A stretch of DNA of 31,056 nt from Escherichia coli (GTDB lineage Bacteria > Pseudomonadota > Gammaproteobacteria > Enterobacterales > Enterobacteriaceae), in NCBI RefSeq assembly GCF_003334335.1, contig NZ_QOWQ01000047.1; one strand, written 5' to 3'. Below, piece after piece: positions 8,962-18,254 of the stretch. Position numbers and translations under genes: made by a program. The notes beneath the pieces were generated by a model, which saw nothing but the letters and a program-made list of their open reading frames with translations, had not been told where the DNA came from and did no database searches. The number at the start of each line of letters is the position of its first letter. The first letter of the stretch is position 1.

Positions 8962-9438
8962 ATGCAACAGATTTCCTTTCTGCCCGGAGAAATGACGCCC
9001 GGTGAGCGCAGCCTCATTCAGCGGGCCCTGAAAACCCTGGACCGCCATCTTTATGAACCCGGCGTGGCCTTCACCTCCACGCATGCGGCACGGGAGTGGC
9101 TGATTCTGAACATGGCGGGACTGGAGCGGGAAGAGTTCCGGGTGCTGTATCTGAACAACCAGAATCAGCTGATTGCCGGTGAAACCCTTTTCACCGGCAC
9201 CATCAACCGCACGGAAGTCCATCCCCGGGAAGTGATTAAACGCGCCCTGTACCACAATGCCGCTGCCGTGGTACTGGCGCACAATCACCCGTCCGGTGAA
9301 GTCACACCCAGTAAGGCAGACCGGCTTATCACCGAACGTCTGGTACAGGCACTGGGCCTGGTGGATATCCGGGTGCCGGACCATCTGATAGTCGGTGGCA
9401 GCCAGGTTTTCTCCTTTGCCGAACATGGTCTGCTTTAA
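8962..9438 (+). CDS. RadC-like JAB/MPN-domain protein (YeeS/YkfG/YfjY family)
   Basis: 158-aa ORF containing the JAMM-type motif HNHPSG (...VVLAHNHPSGEVTPSKAD...). Confidence 0.75.
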   Translation: MQQISFLPGEMTPGERSLIQRALKTLDRHLYEPGVAFTSTHAAREWLILNMAGLEREEFRVLYLNNQNQLIAGETLFTGTINRTEVHPREVIKRALYHNAAAVVLAHNHPSGEVTPSKADRLITERLVQALGLVDIRVPDHLIVGGSQVFSFAEHGLL

Positions 9439-9500
9439 CCCGTCACAACCACATCACACCTGTTTTCACTTTTATCTTCTGTCTTCAGAGGTATCACACT

Positions 9501-9722
9501 ATGAAAATCATCACCCGTGGTGAAGCCATGCGTATTCACCGTCAGCATCCAGCATCCCGTCTTTTTCCGTTCTGTACCGGTAAATACCGCTGGCACGGTA
9601 GCACGGATACGTATACCGGCCGTGAAGTACAGGATATTCCCGGTGTGCTGGCCGTGTTTGCTGAACGCCGTAAGGACAGTTTTGGTCCGTATGTCCGGCT
9701 GATGAGCGTCACCCTGAACTGA
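9501..9722 (+). CDS. DUF987-family small protein (YeeT/YkfH-like)
   Basis: 73-aa ORF in the conserved position between the RadC-like gene and the CbeA-like antitoxin. Confidence 0.55.
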   Translation: MKIITRGEAMRIHRQHPASRLFPFCTGKYRWHGSTDTYTGREVQDIPGVLAVFAERRKDSFGPYVRLMSVTLN

Positions 9723-9801
9723 GTCTGGAAGGGCATTCAGAAGAGCAGAATTATCGCCACCACCGGACCATTCTTAACCAATTTTCTGTGAGGATTTTAT
9801 C

Positions 9802-10170
9802 GTGTCAGACACATTCTCCGGGACAACGCATCCCGATGACAATCACGACCGCCCCTGGTGGGGACTGCCCTGCACCGTGACGCCCTGTTTTGGTTCCCGT
9901 CTGGTACAGGAAGGCAACCGGTTGCATTACCTTGCCGACCGCGCCGGTATCAGAGGGCGGTTCAGCGACGCGGATTCGTACCACCTGGACCAGGCCTTTC
10001 CGCTGCTGATGAAACAACTGGAACTCATGCTCACCAGCGGTGAACTGAATCCCCGCCATCAGCATACCGTCACGCTGTATGCAAAAGGGCTGACCTGCGC
10101 AGCCGACACCCTCGGCAGTTGTGGCTACGTTTATATGGCTGTTTATCCGACGCCCGAAACGAAAAAGTAA
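9802..10170 (+). CDS. Type IV antitoxin of the CbeA/YeeU/YafW/YfjZ family
   Basis: 122-aa ORF directly upstream of a CbtA-like toxin gene; sequence pattern recalled as YeeU-like. Confidence 0.7.
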   Translation: MSDTFSGTTHPDDNHDRPWWGLPCTVTPCFGSRLVQEGNRLHYLADRAGIRGRFSDADSYHLDQAFPLLMKQLELMLTSGELNPRHQHTVTLYAKGLTCAADTLGSCGYVYMAVYPTPETKK

Positions 10171-10259
10171 CTCTCCAGAATAACCTTCTGCTCCGGCCTG
10201 GTGCTTTCACCACGCCACTTTTCCATTTTTCATCTCTGCATATCAGGAAAATCTTCAGT

Positions 10260-10637
10260 ATGAAAACATTACCTGTATTACCCGGGCTGGCGGCCAGTTC
10301 ACGCCCGTCTCCGGTTGAAATCTGGCAGACACTGCTCACCCGACTGCTGGATCAGCACTACGGCCTTACGCTGAATGACACACCATTCGCTGATGAACGT
10401 GTGATTGAGCAGCATATTGAGGCAGGCATTTCACTGTGTGATGCGGTGAACTTTCTCGTTGAAAAATACGCGCTGGTACGTACCGACCAGCCGGGATTCA
10501 GCGCCTGTACCCGTTCTCAGTTAATAAACAGTATTGATATCCTCCGGGCACGCCGGGCAACCGGCCTGATGACACGCGACAACTACAGAACGGTAAATAA
10601 CATTACCCTGGGTAAACATCCGGGGGCGAAACAATGA
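10260..10637 (+). CDS. Type IV toxin of the CbtA/YeeV/YkfI/YpjF family
   Basis: The track ORF starts at 10119, but the start consistent with the family is the ATG at 10260 (MKTLPVLPGLAAS...), giving about 125 aa and leaving a 90-bp gap after the antitoxin stop. Confidence 0.7.
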   Translation: MKTLPVLPGLAASSRPSPVEIWQTLLTRLLDQHYGLTLNDTPFADERVIEQHIEAGISLCDAVNFLVEKYALVRTDQPGFSACTRSQLINSIDILRARRATGLMTRDNYRTVNNITLGKHPGAKQ

Positions 10638-11056
10638 AACAGGCCCTGACGCTGGAAGCCGACAGCATTAATGCGCAGGCGCTGAACATGGGGCGCATTG
10701 TCGTTGACGTCGATGGTATTGAGCTCGCTGAACTGATTAACAAAGTCGCTGAAAACGGTTATTCACTCCGCGTGGTGGATGAACGTGACGCTACCGAAAC
10801 ACCGGCGACTTCTGCCAGCCCTCATCAGTTGCCGGAAGACAATACAGTGATACAGAGCGTGATGCCATTAACCACTGAAACAGCGCTGGATATCCTCATT
10901 GCGTGGCTGCAGGACAATATCGACTGCGAATCGGGAATTATCTTTGACAACGATGAGGATAAAACGGATTCGGCAGCACTGTTGCCCTGTATCGAACAGG
11001 CCCGGGAGGATGTCCGGACTCTTCGTCATCTGCAGCTTCTGCACCAGAACCGGTAA
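10634..11056 (+). CDS. YeeW-like protein (unknown function) downstream of the toxin
   Basis: 140-aa ORF whose ATG overlaps the toxin stop in an ATGA junction at 10634-10637; acidic composition. Confidence 0.45.
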   Translation: MKQALTLEADSINAQALNMGRIVVDVDGIELAELINKVAENGYSLRVVDERDATETPATSASPHQLPEDNTVIQSVMPLTTETALDILIAWLQDNIDCESGIIFDNDEDKTDSAALLPCIEQAREDVRTLRHLQLLHQNR

Positions 11057-11140
11057 ATATCACTCACCATACTTCATTCCACTGACGTCAGCCTGAACAG
11101 GGCTGGCGTTTTCGTTTATAAACCAAAAGGGAAACCGATC

Positions 11141-11983
11141 ATGTCAGACATCACAATCTCCCGTCCGGAAGTGGTCACCGGGCATACGGACGTTATCTGC
11201 TCAATCAGTATCCGCCACATTCTGGCTGTACGAAAGAGTACACTGCTGCAAATCGACACACTTATCCGGCAACTGGCTGAAATATCAGCAATGACAGAAA
11301 GTATTGGCGGTAAAGCCGCCCCGGACTGGGCCATGAAACAGGATTTTCGCTGCGGCTGCTGGCTGATGGAGAAACCGGAAACCGCAATGAAAGCCATCAC
11401 ACGCAATCTCGATCGCGAAATCTGGCGTGACCTGATGCAACGTTCAGGGATGCTTTCCTTAATGGATGCACAGGCCCGTGATACATGGTACCGGTCACTG
11501 GAGCACGATAATTTTCCGGAAATCAGTGAAGCGAACATTCTGAGCACATTTGAACAACTACACCAGAATAAGGATGAGGTGTTTGAGCGAGGGGTGATCA
11601 ACGTCTTCAGGGGACTGAACTGGAATTACAAAACCAATTGCCCCTGCAAATTTGGCAGTAAAATTATCGTCAACAACCTAGTGAGGTGGGACCGATGGGG
11701 GTTTCATCTTATCACCGGGCAACAGACTGACCGACTCGTCGACCTGGAAAGAATGCTACATCTGTTCAGCGGCAAACCGATCCCCGACAACCGGGAAAAC
11801 ATCACTATTCGTCTGGATGGTCACATCCAGTCCGTTCAGGGTAAAGAGCGCAATGAAGACGAGATGTTCATCATTAAATACTTTAAGAAGGGATCTGCAC
11901 ACATCACTTTCAAAAGGCTGGAACTGATTGACAGAATTAACGATATAATAGCCAGGTACTTTCCTTCTGTGCTCTCAGCCTGA
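11141..11983 (+). CDS. DUF4942-like protein, last gene of the island before the attachment-site repeat
   Basis: 280-aa ORF; the family name is recalled from annotations of similar islands and is not verified. The antisense ORF 11116-11601 was rejected. Confidence 0.5.
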   Translation: MSDITISRPEVVTGHTDVICSISIRHILAVRKSTLLQIDTLIRQLAEISAMTESIGGKAAPDWAMKQDFRCGCWLMEKPETAMKAITRNLDREIWRDLMQRSGMLSLMDAQARDTWYRSLEHDNFPEISEANILSTFEQLHQNKDEVFERGVINVFRGLNWNYKTNCPCKFGSKIIVNNLVRWDRWGFHLITGQQTDRLVDLERMLHLFSGKPIPDNRENITIRLDGHIQSVQGKERNEDEMFIIKYFKKGSAHITFKRLELIDRINDIIARYFPSVLSA

Positions 11984-12093
11984 TCCCGAGTGTGATTCCC
12001 TTTCGATATCAAAAGGGACTGCGGGTATAATTGAGGGTATATTTTTAATCAAACCAAATAAATTATATTAATATCAATATGATAAAAGAAATT

Positions 12094-12115
12094 TTCGATT
12101 CCGAGTCCGGCACCA
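12094..12115 (+). other. pheU: 3'-terminal 22-nt fragment of tRNA-Phe (pheU) without the rest of the gene: island attachment-site repeat (attR-type junction)
   Basis: TTCGATTCCGAGTCCGGCACCA matches the 3' end of E. coli tRNA-Phe (...GGTTCGATTCCGAGTCCGGGCACCA) with one G missing. The upstream bases are AT-rich island DNA, not tRNA. Confidence 0.6.
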
Positions 12116-12125
12116 AATTCATATA

Positions 12126-12155
12126 AACGGACCTCCACGGAGGTCCGTTTTTCGT
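12126..12155 (+). terminator. Intrinsic terminator (native pheU terminator) directly after the tRNA fragment
   Basis: AAACGGACCTCCACGGAGGTCCGTTTTTCG: a GC-rich stem (CGGACCT / AGGTCCG) followed by a T-run. Confidence 0.6.
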
Positions 12156-12731
12156 TTCAGGACGCCACGATTTAAGCGTTCTGCCTCCAAATCAATTCTA
12201 CCGAACTCAACCAGATTCTCCCCACATCACCAGCAATTTGCGGGCATATCCCAATTCGGGAAAATTTGTTCCTGAGCTATAGCACTAACTGACGTGAAAT
12301 GTCGTGCGGCCCCGTGATGCTGTTGAACGTCAAATGACGTCATCAGGAGCGTAACGCATCCATAAAGCACAACACCGGTCTGAACGGCGACTGATGAGAT
12401 TTTCTGAATGAGAACAAAGAGAAATGTATCAGTTCGCTTGCTCATGCAAAGACTAACAATCCATTAAAATAGTAAGTGCTCCGGACAATTTTCCATGGAT
12501 TATTTTCTGAACATTTTTCTTTGGCAAAGATGATGAATTTTGATGGTAAGGAATATTACTTCTGGTTCTCAGTAAAATCCTTTCGTAATACTATGTAATC
12601 AAGAAGTTTATGGCTGGTAAAAATAACGTCTTGCATTCACCAATAATATGTAAATAAACCCATCTATAGATGGTAAAAATAGGTTGTGGCAATTATCATT
12701 GCATCATTCCCTTTTCGAATGAGTTTCTATT

Positions 12732-14270
12732 ATGCAACAACCTGTAGTTCGCGTTGGCGAATGGCTTGTTACTCCGTCCATAAACCAAATTAGCCGCAAT
12801 GGGCGTCAACTTACCCTTGAGCCGAGATTAATCGATCTTCTGGTTTTCTTTGCTCAACACAGTGGCGAAGTACTTAGCAGGGATGAACTTATCGATAATG
12901 TCTGGAAGAGAAGTATTGTCACCAATCACGTTGTGACGCAGAGTATCTCAGAACTACGTAAGTCATTAAAAGATAATGATGAAGATAGTCCTGTCTATAT
13001 CGCTACTGTACCAAAGCGCGGCTATAAATTAATGGTGCCGGTTATCTGGTACAGCGAAGAAGAGGGAGAGGAAATAATGCTATCTTCGCCTCCCCCTATA
13101 CCAGAGGCGGTTCCTGCCACAGATTCTCCCTCCCACAGTCTTAACATTCAAAACACCGCAACGCCACCTGAACAATCCCCAGTTAAAAGCAAACGATTCA
13201 CTACCTTTTGGGTATGGTTTTTTTTCCTGTTGTCGTTAGGTATCTGTGTAGCACTGGTAGCGTTTTCAAGTCTTGATACACGTCTTCCTATGAGCAAATC
13301 GCGTATTTTGCTCAATCCACGCGATATTGACATTAATATGGTAAATAAAAGTTGTAACAGCTGGAGTTCCCCGTATCAGCTCTCTTACGCGATAGGCGTG
13401 GGTGATTTGGTGGCGACATCACTTAACACCTTCTCCACCTTTATGGTGCATGACAAAATCAACTACAACATTGATGAACCGAGCAGTTCCGGTAAAACAT
13501 TATCTATTGCGTTTGTTAATCAGCGCCAATACCGTGCTCAACAATGCTTTATGTCGATAAAATTGGTAGACAATGCAGATGGTTCAACCATGCTGGATAA
13601 ACGTTATGTCATCACTAACGGTAATCAGCTGGCGATTCAAAATGATTTACTGGAGAGTTTATCAAAAGCGTTAAACCAACCGTGGCCACAACGAATGCAG
13701 GAGACGCTCCAGAAAATTTTGCCGCATCGTGGTGCGTTATTAACTAATTTTTATCAGGCACATGATTATTTACTGCATGGCGATGATAAATCATTGAACC
13801 GTGCCAGTGAATTATTAGGTGAGATTGTTCAATCATCCCCAGAATTTACCTACGCGAGAGCAGAAAAAGCATTAGTTGATATCGTGCGCCATTCTCAACA
13901 TCCTTTAGATGAAAAACAATTAGCAGCACTGAACACAGAAATAGATAACATTGTTACACTGCCGGAATTGAACAACCTGTCCATTATATATCAAATAAAA
14001 GCGGTCAGTGCTCTGGTAAAAGGTAAAACAGATGAGTCTTACCAGGCGATAAATACTGGCATTGATCTTGAAATGTCCTGGCTAAATTATGTGTTGCTTG
14101 GCAAGGTTTATGAAATGAAGGGGATGAACCGGGAAGCAGCTGATGCATATCTCACCGCCTTTAATTTACGCCCAGGGGCAAACACCCTTTACTGGATTGA
14201 AAATGGTATATTCCAGACTTCTGTTCCTTATGTTGTACCTTATCTCGACAAATTTCTTGCTTCAGAATAA
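12732..14270 (+). CDS. cadC: CadC, membrane-integrated ToxR-like transcriptional activator of the cad operon
   Basis: 512-aa translation recognised as CadC (MQQPVVRVGEWLVTPSINQISRNGRQLTLEPRLIDLL...), with the expected synteny upstream of cadBA. Confidence 0.93.
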   Translation: MQQPVVRVGEWLVTPSINQISRNGRQLTLEPRLIDLLVFFAQHSGEVLSRDELIDNVWKRSIVTNHVVTQSISELRKSLKDNDEDSPVYIATVPKRGYKLMVPVIWYSEEEGEEIMLSSPPPIPEAVPATDSPSHSLNIQNTATPPEQSPVKSKRFTTFWVWFFFLLSLGICVALVAFSSLDTRLPMSKSRILLNPRDIDINMVNKSCNSWSSPYQLSYAIGVGDLVATSLNTFSTFMVHDKINYNIDEPSSSGKTLSIAFVNQRQYRAQQCFMSIKLVDNADGSTMLDKRYVITNGNQLAIQNDLLESLSKALNQPWPQRMQETLQKILPHRGALLTNFYQAHDYLLHGDDKSLNRASELLGEIVQSSPEFTYARAEKALVDIVRHSQHPLDEKQLAALNTEIDNIVTLPELNNLSIIYQIKAVSALVKGKTDESYQAINTGIDLEMSWLNYVLLGKVYEMKGMNREAADAYLTAFNLRPGANTLYWIENGIFQTSVPYVVPYLDKFLASE

Positions 14271-14634
14271 GTAACTCCGGGTTGATTTATGCTCGGAAAT
14301 ATTTGTTGTTGAGTTTTTGTATGTTCCTGTTGGTATAATATGTTGCGGCAATTTATTTGCCGCATAATTTTTATTACATAAATTTAACCAGAGAATGTCA
14401 CGCAACCCATTGTAAACATTAAATGTTTATCTTTTCATGATATCAACTTGCGATCCTGATGTGTTAATAAAAAACCTCAAGTTCTCACTTACAGAAACTT
14501 TTGTGTTATTTCACCTAATCTTTAGGATTAATCCTTTTTTCGTGAGTAATCTTATCGCCAGTTTGGTCTGGTCAGGAAATAGTTATACATCATGACCCGG
14601 ACTCCAAATTCAAAAATGAAATTAGGAGAAGAGC
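14271..14634 (+). promoter_or_regulatory. cadC-cadB intergenic region containing the cadBA promoter (Pcad) and CadC binding region
   Basis: Position only: established knowledge places Pcad and the CadC sites upstream of cadB. Individual sites were not mapped. Confidence 0.45.
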
Positions 14635-15969
14635 ATGAGTTCTGCCAAGAAGATCGGGCTATTTGCCTGTACCGGTGTTGTTGCCGGTAATATGATGGGG
14701 AGCGGTATTGCATTATTACCTGCGAACCTAGCAAGTATCGGTGGTATTGCTATCTGGGGTTGGATTATCTCTATTATTGGTGCAATGTCGCTGGCGTATG
14801 TATATGCCCGACTGGCAACAAAAAACCCGCAACAAGGTGGCCCAATTGCTTATGCCGGAGAAATTTCCCCTGCATTTGGTTTTCAGACAGGTGTTCTTTA
14901 TTACCATGCTAACTGGATTGGTAACCTGGCGATTGGTATTACCGCTGTATCTTATCTTTCCACCTTCTTCCCAGTATTAAATGATCCTGTTCCGGCGGGT
15001 ATCGCCTGTATTGCTATCGTCTGGGTATTTACCTTTGTAAATATGCTCGGCGGTACTTGGGTAAGCCGTTTAACCACTATTGGTCTGGTGCTGGTTCTTA
15101 TTCCTGTGGTGATGACTGCTATTGTTGGCTGGCATTGGTTTGATGCGGCAACTTATGCAGCTAACTGGAATACTGCGGATACCACTGATGGTCATGCGAT
15201 CATTAAAAGTATTCTGCTCTGCCTGTGGGCCTTCGTGGGTGTTGAATCCGCAGCTGTAAGTACTGGTATGGTTAAAAACCCGAAACGTACCGTTCCGCTG
15301 GCAACCATGCTGGGTACTGGTTTAGCAGGTATTGTTTACATCGCTGCGACTCAGGTGCTTTCCGGTATGTATCCGTCTTCTGTAATGGCGGCTTCCGGTG
15401 CTCCGTTTGCAATCAGTGCTTCAACTATCCTCGGTAACTGGGCTGCGCCGCTGGTTTCTGCATTCACCGCCTTTGCGTGCCTGACTTCTCTGGGCTCCTG
15501 GATGATGTTGGTAGGCCAGGCAGGTGTACGTGCCGCTAACGACGGTAACTTCCCGAAAGTTTATGGTGAAGTCGACAGCAACGGTATTCCGAAAAAAGGT
15601 CTGCTGCTGGCTGCAGTGAAAATGACTGCCCTGATGATCCTTATCACTCTGATGAACTCTGCCGGTGGTAAAGCATCTGACCTGTTCGGTGAACTGACCG
15701 GTATCGCAGTACTGCTGACTATGCTGCCGTATTTCTACTCTTGCGTTGACCTGATTCGTTTTGAAGGCGTTAACATCCGCAACTTTGTCAGCCTGATCTG
15801 CTCTGTACTGGGTTGCGTGTTCTGCTTCATCGCGCTGATGGGCGCAAGCTCCTTCGAGCTGGCAGGTACCTTCATCGTCAGCCTGATTATCCTGATGTTC
15901 TACGCTCGCAAAATGCACGAGCGCCAGAGCCACTCAATGGATAACCACACCGCGTCTAACGCACATTAA
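14635..15969 (+). CDS. cadB: CadB, lysine/cadaverine antiporter
   Basis: 444-aa polytopic membrane protein (MSSAKKIGLFACTGVVAGNMMGSGIALLPANLAS...) between cadC and cadA. Confidence 0.93.
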   Translation: MSSAKKIGLFACTGVVAGNMMGSGIALLPANLASIGGIAIWGWIISIIGAMSLAYVYARLATKNPQQGGPIAYAGEISPAFGFQTGVLYYHANWIGNLAIGITAVSYLSTFFPVLNDPVPAGIACIAIVWVFTFVNMLGGTWVSRLTTIGLVLVLIPVVMTAIVGWHWFDAATYAANWNTADTTDGHAIIKSILLCLWAFVGVESAAVSTGMVKNPKRTVPLATMLGTGLAGIVYIAATQVLSGMYPSSVMAASGAPFAISASTILGNWAAPLVSAFTAFACLTSLGSWMMLVGQAGVRAANDGNFPKVYGEVDSNGIPKKGLLLAAVKMTALMILITLMNSAGGKASDLFGELTGIAVLLTMLPYFYSCVDLIRFEGVNIRNFVSLICSVLGCVFCFIALMGASSFELAGTFIVSLIILMFYARKMHERQSHSMDNHTASNAH

Positions 15970-16039
15970 TTAAAAGTATTTTCCGAGGCTCCTCCTTTCA
16001 TTTTGTCCCATGTGTTGGGAGGGGCCTTTTTTACCTGGA

Positions 16040-18196
16040 GATATGACTATGAACGTTATTGCAATATTGAATCACATGGGGGTTTATTTTAAAGAAGAAC
16101 CCATCCGTGAACTTCATCGCGCGCTTGAACGTCTGAACTTCCAGATTGTTTACCCGAACGACCGTGACGACTTATTAAAACTGATCGAAAACAATGCGCG
16201 TCTGTGCGGCGTTATTTTTGACTGGGATAAATATAATCTCGAGCTGTGCGAAGAAATTAGCAAAATGAACGAGAACCTGCCGTTGTACGCGTTCGCTAAT
16301 ACGTATTCCACTCTCGATGTAAGCCTGAATGACCTGCGTTTACAGATTAGCTTCTTTGAATATGCGCTGGGTGCTGCTGAAGATATTGCTAATAAGATCA
16401 AGCAGACCACTGACGAATATATCAACACTATTCTGCCTCCGCTGACTAAAGCACTGTTTAAATATGTTCGTGAAGGTAAATATACTTTCTGTACTCCTGG
16501 TCACATGGGCGGTACTGCATTCCAGAAAAGCCCGGTAGGTAGCCTGTTCTATGATTTCTTTGGTCCGAATACCATGAAATCTGATATTTCCATTTCAGTA
16601 TCTGAACTGGGTTCTCTGCTGGATCACAGTGGTCCACACAAAGAAGCAGAACAGTATATCGCTCGCGTCTTTAACGCAGACCGCAGCTACATGGTGACCA
16701 ACGGTACTTCCACTGCGAACAAAATTGTTGGTATGTACTCTGCTCCAGCAGGCAGCACCATTCTGATTGACCGTAACTGCCACAAATCGCTGACCCACCT
16801 GATGATGATGAGCGATGTTACGCCAATCTATTTCCGCCCGACCCGTAACGCTTACGGTATTCTTGGTGGTATCCCACAGAGTGAATTCCAGCACGCTACC
16901 ATTGCTAAGCGCGTGAAAGAAACACCAAACGCAACCTGGCCGGTACATGCTGTAATTACCAACTCTACCTATGATGGTCTGCTGTACAACACCGACTTCA
17001 TCAAGAAAACACTGGATGTGAAATCCATCCACTTTGACTCCGCGTGGGTGCCTTACACCAACTTCTCACCGATTTACGAAGGTAAATGCGGTATGAGCGG
17101 TGGCCGTGTAGAAGGGAAAGTGATTTACGAAACCCAGTCCACTCACAAACTGCTGGCGGCGTTCTCTCAGGCTTCCATGATCCACGTTAAAGGTGACGTA
17201 AACGAAGAAACCTTTAACGAAGCCTACATGATGCACACCACCACTTCTCCGCACTACGGTATCGTGGCGTCCACTGAAACCGCTGCGGCGATGATGAAAG
17301 GCAATGCAGGTAAGCGTCTGATCAACGGTTCTATTGAACGTGCGATCAAATTCCGTAAAGAGATCAAACGTCTGAGAACGGAATCTGATGGCTGGTTCTT
17401 TGATGTATGGCAGCCGGATCATATCGATACGACTGAATGCTGGCCGCTGCGTTCTGACAGCACCTGGCACGGCTTCAAAAACATCGATAACGAGCACATG
17501 TATCTTGACCCGATCAAAGTCACCCTGCTGACTCCGGGGATGGAAAAAGACGGCACCATGAGCGACTTTGGTATTCCGGCCAGCATCGTGGCGAAATACC
17601 TCGACGAACATGGCATCGTTGTTGAGAAAACCGGTCCGTATAACCTGCTGTTCCTGTTCAGCATCGGTATCGATAAGACCAAAGCACTGAGCCTGCTGCG
17701 TGCTCTGACTGACTTTAAACGTGCGTTCGACCTGAACCTGCGTGTGAAAAACATGCTGCCGTCTCTGTATCGTGAAGATCCTGAATTCTATGAAAACATG
17801 CGTATTCAGGAACTGGCTCAGAATATCCACAAACTGATTGTTCACCACAATCTGCCGGATCTGATGTATCGCGCATTTGAAGTGCTGCCGACGATGGTAA
17901 TGACTCCGTATGCTGCATTCCAGAAAGAGCTGCACGGTATGACCGAAGAAGTTTACCTCGACGAAATGGTAGGTCGTATTAACGCCAATATGATCCTTCC
18001 GTACCCGCCGGGAGTTCCTCTGGTAATGCCGGGTGAAATGATCACCGAAGAAAGCCGTCCGGTTCTGGAGTTCCTGCAGATGCTGTGTGAAATCGGCGCT
18101 CACTATCCGGGCTTTGAAACCGATATTCACGGTGCATACCGTCAGGCTGATGGCCGCTATACCGTTAAGGTATTGAAAGAAGAAAGCAAAAAATAA
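16040..18196 (+). CDS. cadA: CadA, inducible lysine decarboxylase
   Basis: Translation MNVIAILNHMGVYFKEEPIRELHRALERLNFQIVYPNDRDD... The track ORF begins at 16010, but the ATG at 16040 gives the expected ~715-aa CadA N-terminus. Confidence 0.93.
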   Translation, partial: DMTMNVIAILNHMGVYFKEEPIRELHRALERLNFQIVYPNDRDDLLKLIENNARLCGVIFDWDKYNLELCEEISKMNENLPLYAFANTYSTLDVSLNDLRLQISFFEYALGAAEDIANKIKQTTDEYINTILPPLTKALFKYVREGKYTFCTPGHMGGTAFQKSPVGSLFYDFFGPNTMKSDISISVSELGSLLDHSGPHKEAEQYIARVFNADRSYMVTNGTSTANKIVGMYSAPAGSTILIDRNCHKSLTHLMMMSDVTPIYFRPTRNAYGILGGIPQSEFQHATIAKRVKETPNATWPVHAVITNSTYDGLLYNTDFIKKTLDVKSIHFDSAWVPYTNFSPIYEGKCGMSGGRVEGKVIYETQSTHKLLAAFSQASMIHVKGDVNEETFNEAYMMHTTTSPHYGIVASTETAAAMMKGNAGKRLINGSIERAIKFRKEIKRLRTESDGWFFDVWQPDHIDTTECWPLRSDSTWHGFKNIDNEHMYLDPIKVTLLTPGMEKDGTMSDFGIPASIVAKYLDEHGIVVEKTGPYNLLFLFSIGIDKTKALSLLRALTDFKRAFDLNLRVKNMLPSLYREDPEFYENMRIQELAQNIHKLIVHHNLPDLMYRAFEVLPTMVMTPYAAFQKELHGMTEEVYLDEMVGRINANMILPYPPGVPLVMPGEMITEESRPVLEFLQMLCEIGAHYPGFETDIHGAYRQADGRYTVKVLKEESKK

Positions 18197-18209
18197 TTAG
18201 CTCGTACAA

Positions 18210-18237
18210 GGGAAGTGGCTTGCCACTTCCCTTTTTT
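18210..18237 (+). terminator. Intrinsic terminator after cadA
   Basis: GGGAAGTGG-cttg-CCACTTCCC hairpin (9-bp GC-rich stem) followed by TTTTTT. Confidence 0.65.
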
Positions 18238-18254
18238 GCTCATAAGGAGAACAC

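Noticed and set aside
8516-9426. Minus-strand ORFs of 148 and 176 aa overlapping the antirestriction and RadC-like genes
   Set aside because: Antisense to plus-strand genes with a recognisable motif (HNHPSG) and conserved synteny.
10119-10259. Upstream extension of the toxin ORF (track start 10119), which would overlap the antitoxin by 52 nt
   Set aside because: The family-consistent N-terminus is the ATG at 10260; the extension lies in the antitoxin-toxin spacer and the antitoxin 3' end.
12040-12115. Intact tRNA-Phe gene
   Set aside because: Only the 3' 22 nt match tRNA-Phe; the D-arm and anticodon arm sequences are absent from the preceding bases. I did not recognise any other complete tRNA in the window by eye, but a tRNA scan was not possible.
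12227-12445. 72-aa minus-strand ORF between the pheU remnant and cadC
   Set aside because: No recognisable product and no clear ribosome-binding site; it sits in the native cadC upstream region. It may be spurious or a relic, which I cannot decide without a search.
15421-15933. 170-aa minus-strand ORF inside cadB
   Set aside because: Antisense to cadB; spurious.
16010-16039. Track start of cadA at 16010 (MCWEGPFLPGDMTMNV...)
   Set aside because: The expected CadA N-terminus begins MNVIAILNHMG at 16040; the upstream ATG adds 10 unconserved residues.
17066-18130. 354-aa minus-strand ORF inside cadA, plus 16595-17032 and 17419-17754
   Set aside because: These are antisense to the well-supported cadA coding frame and their translations are His/Arg/Phe-rich nonsense typical of antisense frames of highly expressed genes. 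Treated as spurious.
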